Made by a program: the position numbers and the translations under genes. Below, one piece after another: positions 1 to 11,655 of a stretch of DNA of 64,000 nt (position 1 is its first letter; each line of letters opens with the position of its first letter). The notes beneath the pieces are model-generated. The model saw only the letters and a list, made by a program, of their open reading frames with translations, was not told the origin of the DNA and ran no database searches. The DNA is taken from positions 98,520,001 through 98,584,000 of the forward strand of contig OZ076409.1 of assembly GCA_964187785.1 (NCBI GenBank). The letters run 5' to 3'. The DNA is from Amphiscolops sp. MND2022 (taxonomy: Eukaryota).

Positions 1-130
1 GCATTTTTTATGCTATTCTAAGTAGAAAATAGTGTTTCTTAACTTTTTTGAACCTTTGAGCGCCGACTTTAGACGACGTTCCCGGCTTGTTCATGGTTCA
101 CCTAGAGTGTATGTGTGTTGTGTGGTTTAG

Positions 131-297
131 GTGACAGTATCGTGGAGCTGGCGTACCACAATGGCTTCCGCAAACACATGTACAGGTTCTACAAGGCCAA
201 CGAGCGCCGCGTGCTCAACGACGGCATGTGGCACTACATTCACGTGGTATACACCATCAAAGACATTCGCGTCCGCATCGACAACCTCTTCTGGGCC
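131..297 (+). CDS. Nrx-IV: Neurexin IV/CASPR (CNTNAP)-family gene, internal exon (laminin-G domain part); gene start lies upstream of the window
   Basis: tttag acceptor (129-130), GCC|gtgagt donor (298); GC3-rich codons; LamG motif LNDGMWHYIHV..RVRID; phase 0 exit matches the next exon. Confidence 0.85.
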
Positions 298-356
298 GTG
301 AGTAGTTCACTTGACCTCTTTCGGTCGTCCAGTTCCGTCTTGCTCCTATTAGACGG

Positions 357-905
357 TGGGGTGCCACTTGGCCAAAAAACAAAAAGGTTTCACTGAGCCG
401 AAAATACTTAACATACCACACTTATATAATAGGGACCACACTTTGGAGAAATCGCTTGGGACCACACTTAGTCAGGAGTACCACGTTATCAATATTTTCG
501 ATGTTCCATATACGTTTGCTTGCAAATAGGAAGACTAGTTGTTTGGTACTATTGACTAAGTGTGGTCTCGACAAAATTTATGCAGTCGGCCTGAAAACTC
601 CTAAGTGTGGTCCCTAGAAGAGGTTAGCATATTTGTTGTATGGCTCGGTCGCTTCGCTCCCTTCGCCAAGTAGCAACATTGAGGCATGGCCATATGGCAC
701 GTCCCTCCGCTTCAGCATTTGGGGCACTAGGAGTATGTGAACATAGCTGACTAGGGGAAATTGAAAATTTCATTTTTTTCATCTTTGAACGGACTTCGTT
801 CCGGTTCGACCCCGTCGGCCAATCAGACTGCAGAGAATTATACAGTGCTAAGTATTTTTCGGCTGAGTGAAACCTTTGTTTTTTCGGCCAAGTGGGAAGC
901 CCCCT
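357..905. mobile_element. MITE-like element with ~50-bp inverted termini and a nested TAGGGACCACACTT-ended inverted element (430-616)
   Basis: ccacttggccaaaaaacaaaaaggtttcactgagccgaaaatactta (~364-410) is the reverse complement of ~849-895; tagggaccacactt(430)...aagtgtggtcccta(616). Confidence 0.6.
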
Positions 906-2819
906 TTTAGACATGCTACACATTTCGCTTCTCATGTGGCTTAGTGAATGGCTGTAATTCATAGATTGTGGGTAAAACACTTGCTTGAATTTTCATGTTT
1001 CCTGGAATTTTCCATACTATTGAATGTGGGGTGGGGTTGTTTAAAGGCCAAAATTGATCGATCCATGCAAATTTCAAGCAGAGTTGAAATTTCAACCTAC
1101 TCAGTGAATGATGGCTGTCTAATACATATTTTTAGTGTGCGCTGAACAAATGGAAACTGGAGCCTATAACGGCGACTATAGCAGTGGCTTTTTTCTGATC
1201 CACACGAACTGACCAAAATAGTTCTGCAAGTTCTACAAAATTTTAAGGCGTCAAATTGTACCATTTGGTCCAGGGGACTGAACTATAACAATTGTTCCTT
1301 TTTTTTCAGCGTAACATACAAGCGCCGATTTATGCCGTTCCCGGCTTGTTAATTTCAAACAAAAGATCCACATCGGTATGAAAAACCAATGATAAGAGAA
1401 TACTCTTGTTTTCGTGTGGACAGGGGTTTAAACAACCTTGACAAACAACGTTGAGTGAAAATATGGATAATTTGGCGAGATGAGAACATTTTTGTTCATG
1501 TCATGTCGCATGTACAGACAAAAGCGCCCCAATACAACGCGCCTTGCTAATTTTGAGCTGAAGGTGTTTATAAAAAATAATGATAATTCATTGGTAATGC
1601 CTTGTTTAACATTTTCACACCTAACAAGTTCCAATTGAAAACAACCAAAATCGTTAATTTTGGCATTTCTACATAAAAATATTAATTTCTTGAAGAATCA
1701 AGTAGTCAATACACTTGTTTTAAAATGAAAATCTCAATTATTTAATTGAATTGAAATGGAGTGAGAAACCTAAAGTTGGTGGCTTAAAAGAGTCAGCAAA
1801 TTCCATGTAGTGTTTGATTGGGGCGCTTTTGACTGTGTATTTTGTGCGCTTTTGTCTGGGAACTCAGGACAATTAATTATTCTTTTCGTTGGCAGGTGTT
1901 CCCAGCTTTTTAAAAAACTGCGCAAACAACATTGAGTAAAAACATGAAACGTGTTGATCACCAATTTGTCCATGTTTTTACTCAACGTTGTTTGCGCATT
2001 TTTTTAAAAAAAAAACTGGGAACTCCTGTCCAGGAAAAGAATGTTTAGTTTGAAAATAAAAATATGTATTAGACAGCCATTATTCACTGATTTGGTTAAA
2101 ATTTCGAAAAGTGCTGATCGCCAATTTATCCAACTTGGTTTCGATTGAGTTCATGTCGAAATTAATAAACGTAGAAAGGCAAAAAGTTTGCTACCAGAAA
2201 CAATCGATAGAACAACTGAAAAGGCGTTCTCTCAAAAATGCTGTCATCAAAACCTATAAACTGGCTGAAGTCATGTGATCTAATGCCTCAGAGTGTTGAA
2301 TCATTAACAAACACACAAGTGAATCCCCATTTTTGTCAAGTTAGGGAGGTATTTATACCAAACCATAAAGAACTTCGAATTATTTTACGTGATATAACAA
2401 AATTAGTACTGAACGTATCATTTATGAATTGACTACAAGCATTAAAAAAAGTGATATACGGGGTAGCTTTAGGAAGTCATTGTTGTTTCTCTGGGGCGAA
2501 GACATTAGAAGAGCTGATCAGCTCATTCTTCGTCCCTTTTGTTTTTATAGTTTATTACATATGTAATGGCATACAAATGAATAAATAAATTTGTGGAATG
2601 TGGCTTAAATGAGTTGAAGGTCAGAAAGTCATTCAGCATTAGATAATCATATGTGACCGCTTTTATGTTATGTAATGTAGCTGCCACAATACTGAGATCT
2701 ATTGTAGTATTATATACATGGACACAATTCAGTTACGATTAACTACAATACAGTATTGCATTCCCTAACTCTCTTATCCTACTTATGATGTTCAACAAAA
2801 TAATTCTTGTTGGTTATAG

Positions 2820-3180
2820 CCGACGGAACCAGACGAAGAGCTGTTCGTGACCCAATGGGACGACAGCTACCTGTACGACCCTCTGCTGCTGCTCTCGGAG
2901 CGGGACGAGCGCCTCTTCCTGAACGACCAGATCGTGGTCGGCTCCGACTCGGGCCAGGTGAACGGCTTCGTGGGCTGCATGCGGGCACTTACCATAAATG
3001 GAAACCTGCTGGACCTGCACGGACACGCCATGCACGAGCCAGGCTTCCTCACCTTCCCCGGCTGCGTGGGCCAGTGCGACCGGAGTCCGTGCCAGAACAA
3101 CGGCATCTGCTTCGAGTATTGGGACCGCTTCCAGTGCGACTGCAGAGAGTCCGCGTTTGGCGGCGAAATATGCACCGAAG
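2820..3180 (+). CDS. Nrx-IV: Neurexin IV/CASPR-family exon: LamG end plus EGF repeat
   Basis: tatag acceptor, G|gtgagg donor; GFVGCMRALTING (LamG) followed by EGF CDRSPCQNNGICFEYWDRFQCDCRESAFGGEIC; enters phase 0, exits phase 1. Confidence 0.92.
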
Positions 3181-3205
3181 GTGAGGAGCACCCGACAGAT
3201 TTTGA

Positions 3206-3586
3206 GGCTCTTTTCTGTTTCCCCCACCGCCAAAATTTTTGAAAGTAAATTTCCCTAAAAGTTTCAGACTAGCCTAATTAAAAGTAAAAGCAGGAAGTTA
3301 ACGTCTATTCGAGTAGTTCTGTTTGACCAAAACATTTTTCACGTATTTTGACTGTAATGAGAGATTGTCTTATTGAGGAATTGAACAACTTCCTAATTTG
3401 AGTCACAAAAACAGTTAATTTTAACATAGTATAGTCAAAATGCGTGAAAAATGTTTTGTTCAGACAAAAAACCATTTTAATTGACGATAACTTCTTGTTA
3501 TGAAAGAAGGTTTTACGTTCAATTAGGCTAGTCTGAACTTTTAAAGGAAATTTACTTGGTGGTGGAGAGAAACACAGAAAAGAGCC
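3206..3586. mobile_element. MITE, GGCTCTTTTCTGT-TIR family
   Basis: ggctcttttctgt ... acagaaaagagcc termini with long imperfect inverted arms; no matching TSD at this copy; family members at 7299-8155 and 44927-45036. Confidence 0.75.
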
Positions 3587-3670
3587 TCCGGTACTTCGGT
3601 ACTTGTTGTTCATTATGGTTTTTAATTTTCACTGAGTGACTCAGTCTCATTTTTGTTGGGTGCTGCACAG

Positions 3671-3850
3671 AGATCGGCTACTACTACGATGGGTCTGACG
3701 TCACCACATGGCAGATCCCGGCCACTCTGAGTCAGAAGAGCATGTCTACAGAAGTGATCACGTTCGGATTCGCCACCGACAAGCCAATCGGCACCATCTT
3801 CCAGCTGGACGGAGCCAACGGAAACACCGTCAGAGCCAGTATGAGCGGAG
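3671..3850 (+). CDS. Nrx-IV: Neurexin IV/CASPR-family exon: start of last LamG domain
   Basis: cacag acceptor, G|gtaaaa donor; my translation EIGYYYDGSDVTTWQIP...EVITFGFATDKPIGTIFQLDG; phase 1/1 consistent; absent from the ORF track. Confidence 0.85.
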
Positions 3851-3876
3851 GTAAAACTCTCCATAACCATCTTCAT

Positions 3877-4330
3877 AGCCGGCGGCGCTTCACGAAGTGA
3901 AAGGCGACTATACTAGTGACTCTTTTTTCAATCCACACGAACTGACCAAAATAGTCCTACAAGTTCTACCAAAAGTACAAAGTGTCAAATTGGTCCATTT
4001 GGCCCAAGGAACTGAAATATAAAAGTGGTTCCTTTTTTTCAGCGTAACATACAATACCGGGCGTGACTAAAGGGCCCACTTTAAGTTTTTTTGGCATTGT
4101 GAGACATTCAAAATTTTTTATAGTCTTTAAAGGGTCCCCCTTCAATTGTTTTGATGTTTTGCGACAGAAATGTTGAAATATCCGAACGGCTCCCCCCCTT
4201 TTGACGCGCCAATTCGGCCCAACTTTCGGGTTTTTCGGGTGCTGTAAAAGAGAATACTTGAAACTTTGAAGTCCTTTTGTTATTTTTGAGCCTTAGATTT
4301 GGCGCCGACTTGGGCCGGTCCCGGCTTGTT
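3877..4330 (+). mobile_element. Helentron-associated (HINE/DINE-like) non-autonomous repeat, family 1
   Basis: Degenerate 5' end then CCACACGAACTGACCAAAATAG core; 3' GGCGCCGACTTGGGCCGGTCCCGGCTTGTT end shared with many copies in the window. Confidence 0.65.
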
Positions 4331-4721
4331 ATTTTCCGACCCACATTTTCAATGGGCAGCAAAATCATCATCTGTTTTGCGTTTGTTTTTTTCCAAATTC
4401 TGCCCAAACTCCACTTTGTACAGCTCCACTCCACTTACTCAGTCTCCCTGCTCAGCCTTCATCCTTCATACTGAGATGGGAATGATATCTAAAGTAAAAA
4501 TGGGATTAAGATCTAAAGGGAATAAGATCTAAAGATTCAGGACGGGAATAAGATCTAAAGGGAATAAGATCTAAAATCACTAAATTTTAGATCTTAATTA
4601 TTTAGATCCTATTCCCCTCCCAAAATAGCTATGGCTCAAGTGATGAAGGCGAAAAGGGAGGAAAATATCCCGGTGCTTAGCGGGCTTCTTGTTTGATTAC
4701 ACTATGATTGTTTGTTTGCAG

Positions 4722-4952
4722 ACGGTCTGATGATCCAGTTCGAGTACAGCGGCTTCTCGTCCGAGATCATAGACAAGAACACGTACACGGACAACAAGTT
4801 CCACTCGGTCGTGATTAAAAGGGACACGCGCATCACCATGCAGGTGGACAACTACCCCACCGTGGTCAGGGACAACGTAGGCAGCGTCGCCGGCCTCACC
4901 AACCCAAAGTACTTCTACGTCGGCAACAACGACGGCGGCGGCAGTCGCAGCG
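4722..4952 (+). CDS. Nrx-IV: Neurexin IV/CASPR-family exon: LamG
   Basis: ttgcag acceptor, G|gtaaga donor; YTDNKFHSVVIKR...MQVDNYP...YFYVG; phase 1/1. Confidence 0.88.
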
Positions 4953-5036
4953 GTAAGAGCCAAAACTAAAAACTAGACAAAAACCCAGAAAACTAAAAAC
5001 TAGACAAAAAACCAGAACCCCAAAGCTATTCAAGTG

Positions 5037-5394
5037 CAGGGTTTTGACATCGCTAATTTTTTCCGCTAATCGCTAAACCGCTAATTTGAAAATCGCTATT
5101 TCGCTGAAAAGCTTTTTCGGCAAACTATTAAATGTTTAGCTTCAAGTATGTTTCAAAATAACTTATTCGGTTTTTGGAAGAAAAAAGACTAGAATTTTTT
5201 GTACTGTGCGTGTTTAACCAGGGTAAGAGTTGGAATTTTTCCGAAATTCGTTTTGAAACACCGTCTATACACAGAAATTTTGAATCTGGAGGGTCTGTTT
5301 GTTACCGCTAATTTGAATAGCTAATGAAATCGCAGTAAAATTCCTGTGCGGCCGCTAATTCGCTAAATCGCTGATTAGCGGTGTCAAAACTCTG
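5037..5394. mobile_element. hAT-type MITE
   Basis: TIRs cagggttttgacatcgctaat / attagcggtgtcaaaactctg (19/21 match); perfect 8-bp TSD TTCAAGTG (5029-5036, 5395-5402); subterminal CGCTAA repeats; degenerate second copy ~10985-11330. Confidence 0.85.
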
Positions 5395-5717
5395 TTCAAG
5401 TGAGTCATCGTTCTATTCCCCACGTGGTGTTGTAGATGTTGACCGCATTGTATAATGTTCATTTTGCATCATACTCCATATTGGAATTTATATAGAATTG
5501 TTGAATTTTATTGGTGGAGTTCATCAGCTGGTCAAATTTTATAATGTTCGGATGCTTGGAGAGAAATTGTGGCAGTCGCAGTGGTAAGAGCAGCAACGCC
5601 CAAAGTAATATCATCCGGCTAATTGGTATTTCTCACTATTCGTACTAGTTTATTCGGCCTCTAGCGATACGAATCAGGTGGATTCAACAGTATCTAATAT
5701 GACACTAATGACGTATA

Positions 5718-6293
5718 TTTTTAGTCGGCGCTTCATGAAGTGAAACGCGACTATTATAGTGGCTTTTTTTTCAGTCCACACGAACTGACCAAAATAGTTC
5801 TTAAAAGTTCTACAAAATATTATTGCACCAAATTGCACTATTTGGTCTAGCGAACTGAACCAAAAATGTTTTTCCTGTTTTCCCGCGTAACATACAATAC
5901 CAGGAGAGACTAAAGGATCCCCTTCAAATTTTTTCGGCACTGTGAGACTTCCGGGAGGTCCCCCCTTCAGTTTTTTGCTGTTTTGCGACGGAATGGATGT
6001 TGAAAAACCCCAAAGGGTCCCCCCTTTCAGTTTTTCGGCATTGTGAGACTTTTTCGAAAATTTGTTTTTTCTCCAAAGGGTCCCCCCTTCAACTGCGACA
6101 AAAATGTTGACAATTTCGGAAATGTCCCCCTTTTAGCGCGCCACGGGCTCGCGCTAGCGGGTCCCGGCGCGCCACTCGGTCCATTTTTTGTTTTTTTTTT
6201 CGATTTTCGAGTGCTGTAAATTGACACTTGGAAGTCCTTTTGCTATTTTTGAGCCTTGGATATGGCGCCGACTTGGGCCGGTCCCGGCTTGTT
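5718..6293 (+). mobile_element. Helentron-associated (HINE-like) repeat, family 1, full-length copy
   Basis: 5' TTTTTAGTCGGCGC and 3' subterminal inverted GCGCCGACT followed by hairpin GCCGG-TC-CCGGC and TTGTT; internal AAAGGGTCCCCCTT repeats. Confidence 0.7.
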
Positions 6294-6760
6294 ATTATTT
6301 CTGCGATAGCAGGAATATTATTGAAATCTCAAAATGTCTACTTTTTTGTTCAGTACAATTCTTCGCACGATACTGAATAATTCAGATATTTTGTTCGGCA
6401 GCGACTATAAGCGTGAGAATTAAATTTCTCAAGCTGCCGACGACATTTCAATTCTCGTGCGATGGAACGAGCGAGTTGTAATTATGCATTCGTACGCTGA
6501 CGTCATTGAGATGAAGCGAATGAGTTTTAGTTTGTCCGTTGAAAGCTTCGCCTGTATTCAAATGCGAATGCGAAACTTCCTCTACGCTTAGTAGTTATAT
6601 TTTCGTTAGTCCGAGAATTAAAGGCGGTGTAAACTTGTACAGTGATTAATTGTGCGCTAAATAATGATTAAACAAGAGTATATTGGTATTCCAGATATAA
6701 TTTTATCATTGATGAAAGATTAAAGCAGAAATAGTAATGAGCCCCGGAGGGGCCTATTTT
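6294..6760 (+). mobile_element. Helentron-associated-like repeat, family 2
   Basis: Dispersed copy at 12269-12744; 5' ATTTCTGC / 3' GCAGAAAT subterminal inverted repeat followed by hairpin GCCCCGGAGGGGC and TATTTT. Confidence 0.6.
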
Positions 6761-7101
6761 TTCAATTCTGGAAGTCAACTTTTAGGTGATGTCGCTGTAA
6801 TGAAAAGGTTTCCATAATGCGAACATAGTGGGCAAGTTAGCCCCTCGATTTTTACTAGAAGCCAGCAGTTTTGCGAACATAAAGGACTTCGTAGGGTTTT
6901 CGGCACTTTGCGACTTACCGGAGAAATTTTTTTTAAATCAAAAATTTTCTCAGTTTTTTTGTTTTTTGAGAGGTTTTCGGTTGAACAAGATGTGTTTTTT
7001 GCTGTTTCCAGTTAGGTAGAAGGTGATTTTTGAGTCTTATGTGTATCTCTTCGGGTATTTTTTGCACTGTAAAAGTGATGATGGCGTTGGTTGGTGTTCA
7101 G

Positions 7102-7263
7102 GATTCACGGGGTGCATTTCTCGGGTGAGATTCAACCACCTGGTTCCTCTGAAGGCCACCTCGGGACTAGACAAGAGCGGGGGCGGCTACTCTGGCAACT
7201 GTGGCCAGCTGGCAGCCACCATCGACCCCTTCTACAAGCCAGAGTTCTACCCCAACTGGTCCA
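7102..7263 (+). CDS. Nrx-IV: Neurexin IV/CASPR-family exon: end of last LamG
   Basis: ttcag acceptor, A|gtaagt donor; GFTGCISRVRFNHLVPLK is typical of the CASPR/Nrx-IV fourth LamG; phase 1/1. Confidence 0.9.
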
Positions 7264-7298
7264 GTAAGTTCAAGTTCCCGTCTTCCATTCAATCCATC

Positions 7299-8155
7299 GG
7301 TTCTTTTCTGTTTTCCCCACCACATATTGAAAAATTTTTGTGGAAATATTAACATAAAAAGATTTAGATTTAAATTAGAAAGCTTTACTGTTATATTTAT
7401 TCTCAGAATGACAGTTTAGAATTGAGTACAAACTTTGTTCACGCTATTTTTCCTTACGACGACGCCACGCATTCTTGATGAACACTCAACAGCTTCCTAT
7501 TTTGAGTCACTAAAAACAGTTAATTTTCAACATATTTACTGTCAAAATGTGTGAAAAATGTTTTGTTCAAATGAAAAACTATTCCAATAGACCGAGTGGC
7601 AGTAACATTGACTGTAAAAATGATAGGAAAAACAAATTGTCAAGGTTAACATTAAATTCGTCTAATGACGCGTTTCGGATCACTGATCTTTCATCAGATT
7701 GTCTGAAAAACAAAGTTACATTAAAAATCATAAACAAATAACGCAATTTATCACAAATATATGTCAAAAACTTGAGTTTACGCAATCTACACCTTCAACG
7801 TCGACCGACTCGCTCCTGCTCTGAACCAGCGTGATGAGTTTCGGCAGCGTCTACTGACGTTGAAGGTGTAGATTGCGTAAACTCAAGTTTTTGACATATA
7901 TTTGTGATAAATTGCGTTATTTGCTTATGATTTTTAATGTAACTTTGTTTTTCAGACAATCTGATGAAAGATCAGTGATCCGAAACGCGTCATTAGACGA
8001 ATTTAATGTTAACCTTGACAATTTGTTTTTCCTATCATTCCAATAGAAGTTAGCTTCCTGTTATGTAAAAAACTTCACTTCGAATTCAAACAGTTTGAAA
8101 ATTTTTTTTGTAATTTTCCCTCAAAAAATTTTAATGAGGAGTACAGAAAAGAGCC
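7299..8155. mobile_element. MITE, GGCTCTTTTCTGT-TIR family, containing a nested palindrome
   Basis: ggttcttttctgt ... acagaaaagagcc; perfect 8-bp TSD AATCCATC (7291-7298, 8156-8163). Confidence 0.8.
7619..8039. repeat. Long near-perfect inverted repeat (foldback), ~184-bp arms, 53-bp spacer
   Basis: 7619-7802 is the reverse complement of 7856-8039 with about two differences by eye. Confidence 0.92.
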
Positions 8156-8744
8156 AATCCATCTATGCCAGCACGTTTCCGAGTTAGATTATTTTTCTCA
8201 TTTCTTGAAAATTTCATTTCGCACTGCTAATTTTAGTGTGTTAATTCTTCAATCACTTTGGCGGTACTGCCAATTTGTTTGAAGTGCACTATTTTTGTGA
8301 ATTCTTGAAAATACATTTTGGTAGGTGCGAAAGCTAACTTTTGTCAATTCTTGAAAAAATCAAAACTTACCAGATTGGCGTCGTAATGTAGATTATGCAG
8401 TCACGGTTGTTTCATAAGTAGTCATCGAACTCAGAACGGGTTATTGTTCATAAGATACCAGTATTACACAGGGCGGCAAGCGGAAATTTTCTTTCTGATT
8501 GTGCCGCTGTTATCCGACCAGTTTGAAAATTGTTAAATCAAATCGTTCACTATCATCAACTTGAAGTGAAATACAAAGTTGCGTTCATAATCAATCCAAA
8601 AATGTGCTGCTGAAATTTTGATTTTGTACTGAAAATTTTGTTGGGTCAGCGTTCTGGGTCAGTCAAATTCAGACCGCCGCACTCGTGATTATCGAATTGA
8701 TCTTGATCAGAATTTGATGACTCATCGTTCTTGGCTGTTGATAG

Positions 8745-9069
8745 TTTTTAGTCGGCGCATTTTAGTAGAAAATGAGCCCGACTATTACAGTGGGTACTTT
8801 TTTTAGACAGACTCGAAGCGACGAACGTTAAAATGTACGTTCAACTACTGATTACAGTACTACTAAAATACTGGCAGCGCATTTAAGATAGTGCAAAGGG
8901 TCCCCCTTTCAGTTAGTCCATTTTTATCGTAACCTACAAAACCGGCCGAGACTGTGCGACATTTTCCGAAAGAGAAAAATTTTCGAAAATTTCAAGTTTT
9001 TTTCCAAAAAAAATGTTTTGCGTTTTTTGAGCCTTAGATATAGCGCCGACTTTAGACGTTCCCGTCTTG
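8745..9069 (+). mobile_element. HINE-like repeat family 1 (variant)
   Basis: TTTTTAGTCGGCGC start; TTTTGAGCCTTAGATATAGCGCCGACTTTAGACGTTCCCGTCTTG end (compensated hairpin variant). Confidence 0.65.
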
Positions 9070-9155
9070 CTGTAGATTACTGAAACCATCGTTTGCCTTT
9101 TGCACGTCACGTCTATCTGAGTGAGTGTTGAATTATTTATTGTTTGGTGTTACAG

Positions 9156-9230
9156 ATGACACGTACACGTTGCCTTACGGAGCAATCAGAGACTCGAGAC
9201 TACATGATATCAATGCCAACATTGGAATCG
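9156..9230 (+). CDS. Nrx-IV: Neurexin IV/CASPR-family exon: juxtamembrane stalk
   Basis: ttacag acceptor, G|gtcagt donor; 75 nt, phase 1/1, NDTYTLPYGAIRDSRLHDINANIGI leading into the TM segment. Confidence 0.75.
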
Positions 9231-10322
9231 GTCAGTTTTTTATTTTATTTTACAGTTTCCGCACCATGTCTTCTACCTACCCACACATTTTGTTCTCGAA
9301 TAATTATATTTCACTAATTTGAGACTATTACATGAATGTAAATACTTGGAGGATTATCGTTACAGCTGTTTTGATACTTCCAGTAGAAAAATGACCCTGA
9401 TTTTTCAATATTTTTGTCCAAAAGAGCAAAAATTCTCGTTTGGAACAAGCTAAAATCGTTTTAAAAGGCCGCTATTTCAACGCAAACTTCTCGGTGATAA
9501 AATCTAATGAGCAACTTCTAACTGACAATCAATGTAATGGATAGCATTATGTCGACATAAGTTGTTTTTTTTTGGACCAAAATTTCAACGCAAACTATGT
9601 CGACATAATGGTACTTGAACCTTGCGTCTTATTACCCCTCTGCCGCTTGGTCATACAGTTCTTCCTAATCCCAGGAGTCCTGCTCTGCGCGGGCCCCGGC
9701 GCTCCAATTTGATCCAACTTTTGAGTTTTCGGGTGCTGTAGAAGAGAATACTTTGACACTTTGAAGTCATTTTACCATTTTTGATCCTTAGATATGGCGC
9801 CGACTTGGGCCGTTCCCGGCCTGTTGTCTTGTAACCCTCGCGTTATATGAATTTTTATTATTCAAGTGTCTTTGACATTATTTATCAGTTGAGGGAAAAG
9901 AGTAGCAAGGTCAAAGAAGACCCGAAACTACATTTTCACTGTCAATAATGTCGGATCCTTTAGAAAAAACTAAACTCTGAAACATTAACATTTATTAGCC
10001 TACGCCCTGCTGCAAAAAACAGGGGAAAAGAAAGATTTAATTGAATGAAAAAATTGATTCAAAGAGAAGTCAAAAGAGCTTGTTCGTTCAGCTGCCATTT
10101 GTTATAATGGTGTTTGAGTATTACAATCGAACTCGGATAAAAGAAACATTCGGATATAAGAAATGTTTTCATTCCTCCGCTTTTATGCAAGACAAACTTT
10201 CTGCCTTGATAGGACAACAGCTAAAAGAAATTATGGGTAAAAGAAACAAACCCTTTTCTTACCGCCCTATGAGTTTATCCTTTTATCCTATGAGTTTGAC
10301 TGTATTTTCCATTCCTTTCCAG

Positions 10323-10513
10323 GCGTGGGCGTCGTGTCTCTAGTGGCCCTGATCATCATCGCGCTTGTGGCCATTAAGTTCTACACGAGGAAGGGCTCCT
10401 ACCGCACAGAAGAGGACGCCGGGGCTTACAAAACTTACGACGCCAACACGGCCATTCACTACAACACTGGTCGGTACCCGGAGATCACTACACGCGCCGA
10501 GATATTCATCTAA
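10323..10513 (+). CDS. Nrx-IV: Neurexin IV/CASPR-family terminal exon: TM helix, band-4.1-binding motif, PDZ ligand
   Basis: tttccag acceptor; hydrophobic VGVVSLVALIIIALVAI, then RKGSYRTEED (4.1m-like) and C-terminal EIFI* (as in Drosophila Nrx-IV); TAA at 10511-10513. Confidence 0.92.
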
Positions 10514-10532
10514 CACCAAGGTTGTTAAGTTG

Positions 10533-10982
10533 TTTTTTAGTCGGCGCTTTCCTAAAGAAAAGAGTCGACTGTAGTCATGGCTTTTCGTCACTGTTTTTTA
10601 AAGACCACCTGAAGTGACCAAAATAGTTCTACCCCAAAAGTTCTACAAAATTTTAAGAAGACGAAGACGCCAAATTGTACCTGTTGGCCCAAGGAACTGA
10701 ACCAAAAAGGTTTCCTGCGTAACATACCATACCGGTCCCCCTTTAGATTTTTTTTGGCACTGTGCGACTTTTTTCAACTTTTTTCCACCAAAGGGTCCCC
10801 ACAGAATGGATGTTGAAAAATCCCAAAGGGTCCTCCCTTTCAGTTTTTTTGGCATTGTGAGACTTTTTTAAAAATTCTTTTGCATAAAAGGTTCCAAATT
10901 CACCAATACTTTGCCATTTTGAAGTCCTTTTGCTATTTTTGAGCCTTAGATATGGCGCCAACTTGGGCCAGTCCGGCTTGTT
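10533..10982 (+). mobile_element. HINE-like repeat family 1, ~20 bp after the Nrx-IV stop codon
   Basis: TTTTTTAGTCGGCGC ... ATATGGCGCCAACTTGGGCCAGTCCGGCTTGTT. Confidence 0.65.
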
Positions 10983-11655
10983 CACACAGTTTTGACCACT
11001 AATTTTTTTTCGTTAAACCGCTAATTTCAAAATCGCTTTTCCGCTGCAAAACGTTTACTTCAAACTATTGAATGTTTGAATTCAAAAATGTTTCAAAATC
11101 CAATGATAACTTAATTCAATTTTTTGCAAAAAAATTATTCCGTGTGACGTTTACATGTGTAAGAGTTGGAATTTTTCGAAAATTCATTTCGAAACTCGGT
11201 GTATTTTTCTGGAAGATTTGAATTTGGATATCCTATAAGTAGCCGCTAATTTGAATCGCTAATGAAATTGCTGAAAAATTTAGTCGCGCCGCCAGTTCGC
11301 TAAATCGCTGATTAGCGGTGTAAAAGCTGTTTATTCATAAAATAAAACAAAAAAACGAATAAGAGATTTTTTTTCAGACACTTCTACAGTTGTTTATGGT
11401 CTAGTTTCTGACTGTTCAGATCAGACGGTAGTTTTCCCCAAGAGGAAAAAAGCAATAAAATACAAAAAAAACAGTATATTTTGATGAAAACCCAGTTTCA
11501 AACATTTTTCGTGACAACAATATATAATTAACAACCTTGTCTAACTGCAATTAGCAGCTCCTTCTGAACAGAAATGCATCCGCTGTTTGCCTTCTTCGAA
11601 CGAATTTGGTGCCGTACTTCACAAAAAACATGGTGAGTTTTTTATAAAAAAAAAA

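Noticed and set aside
2779..3258. Five alternative-frame ORFs overlapping the EGF exon
   Set aside because: Shadows of a GC-rich exon; only the LamG/EGF frame has consistent splice phases
4108..6376. Short ORFs ending or starting in ..APYLRLKN../..GADLGRSRL.. (also 10643-12945, 18221, 35539, 44315)
   Set aside because: Chance translations of the non-coding HINE-like repeat
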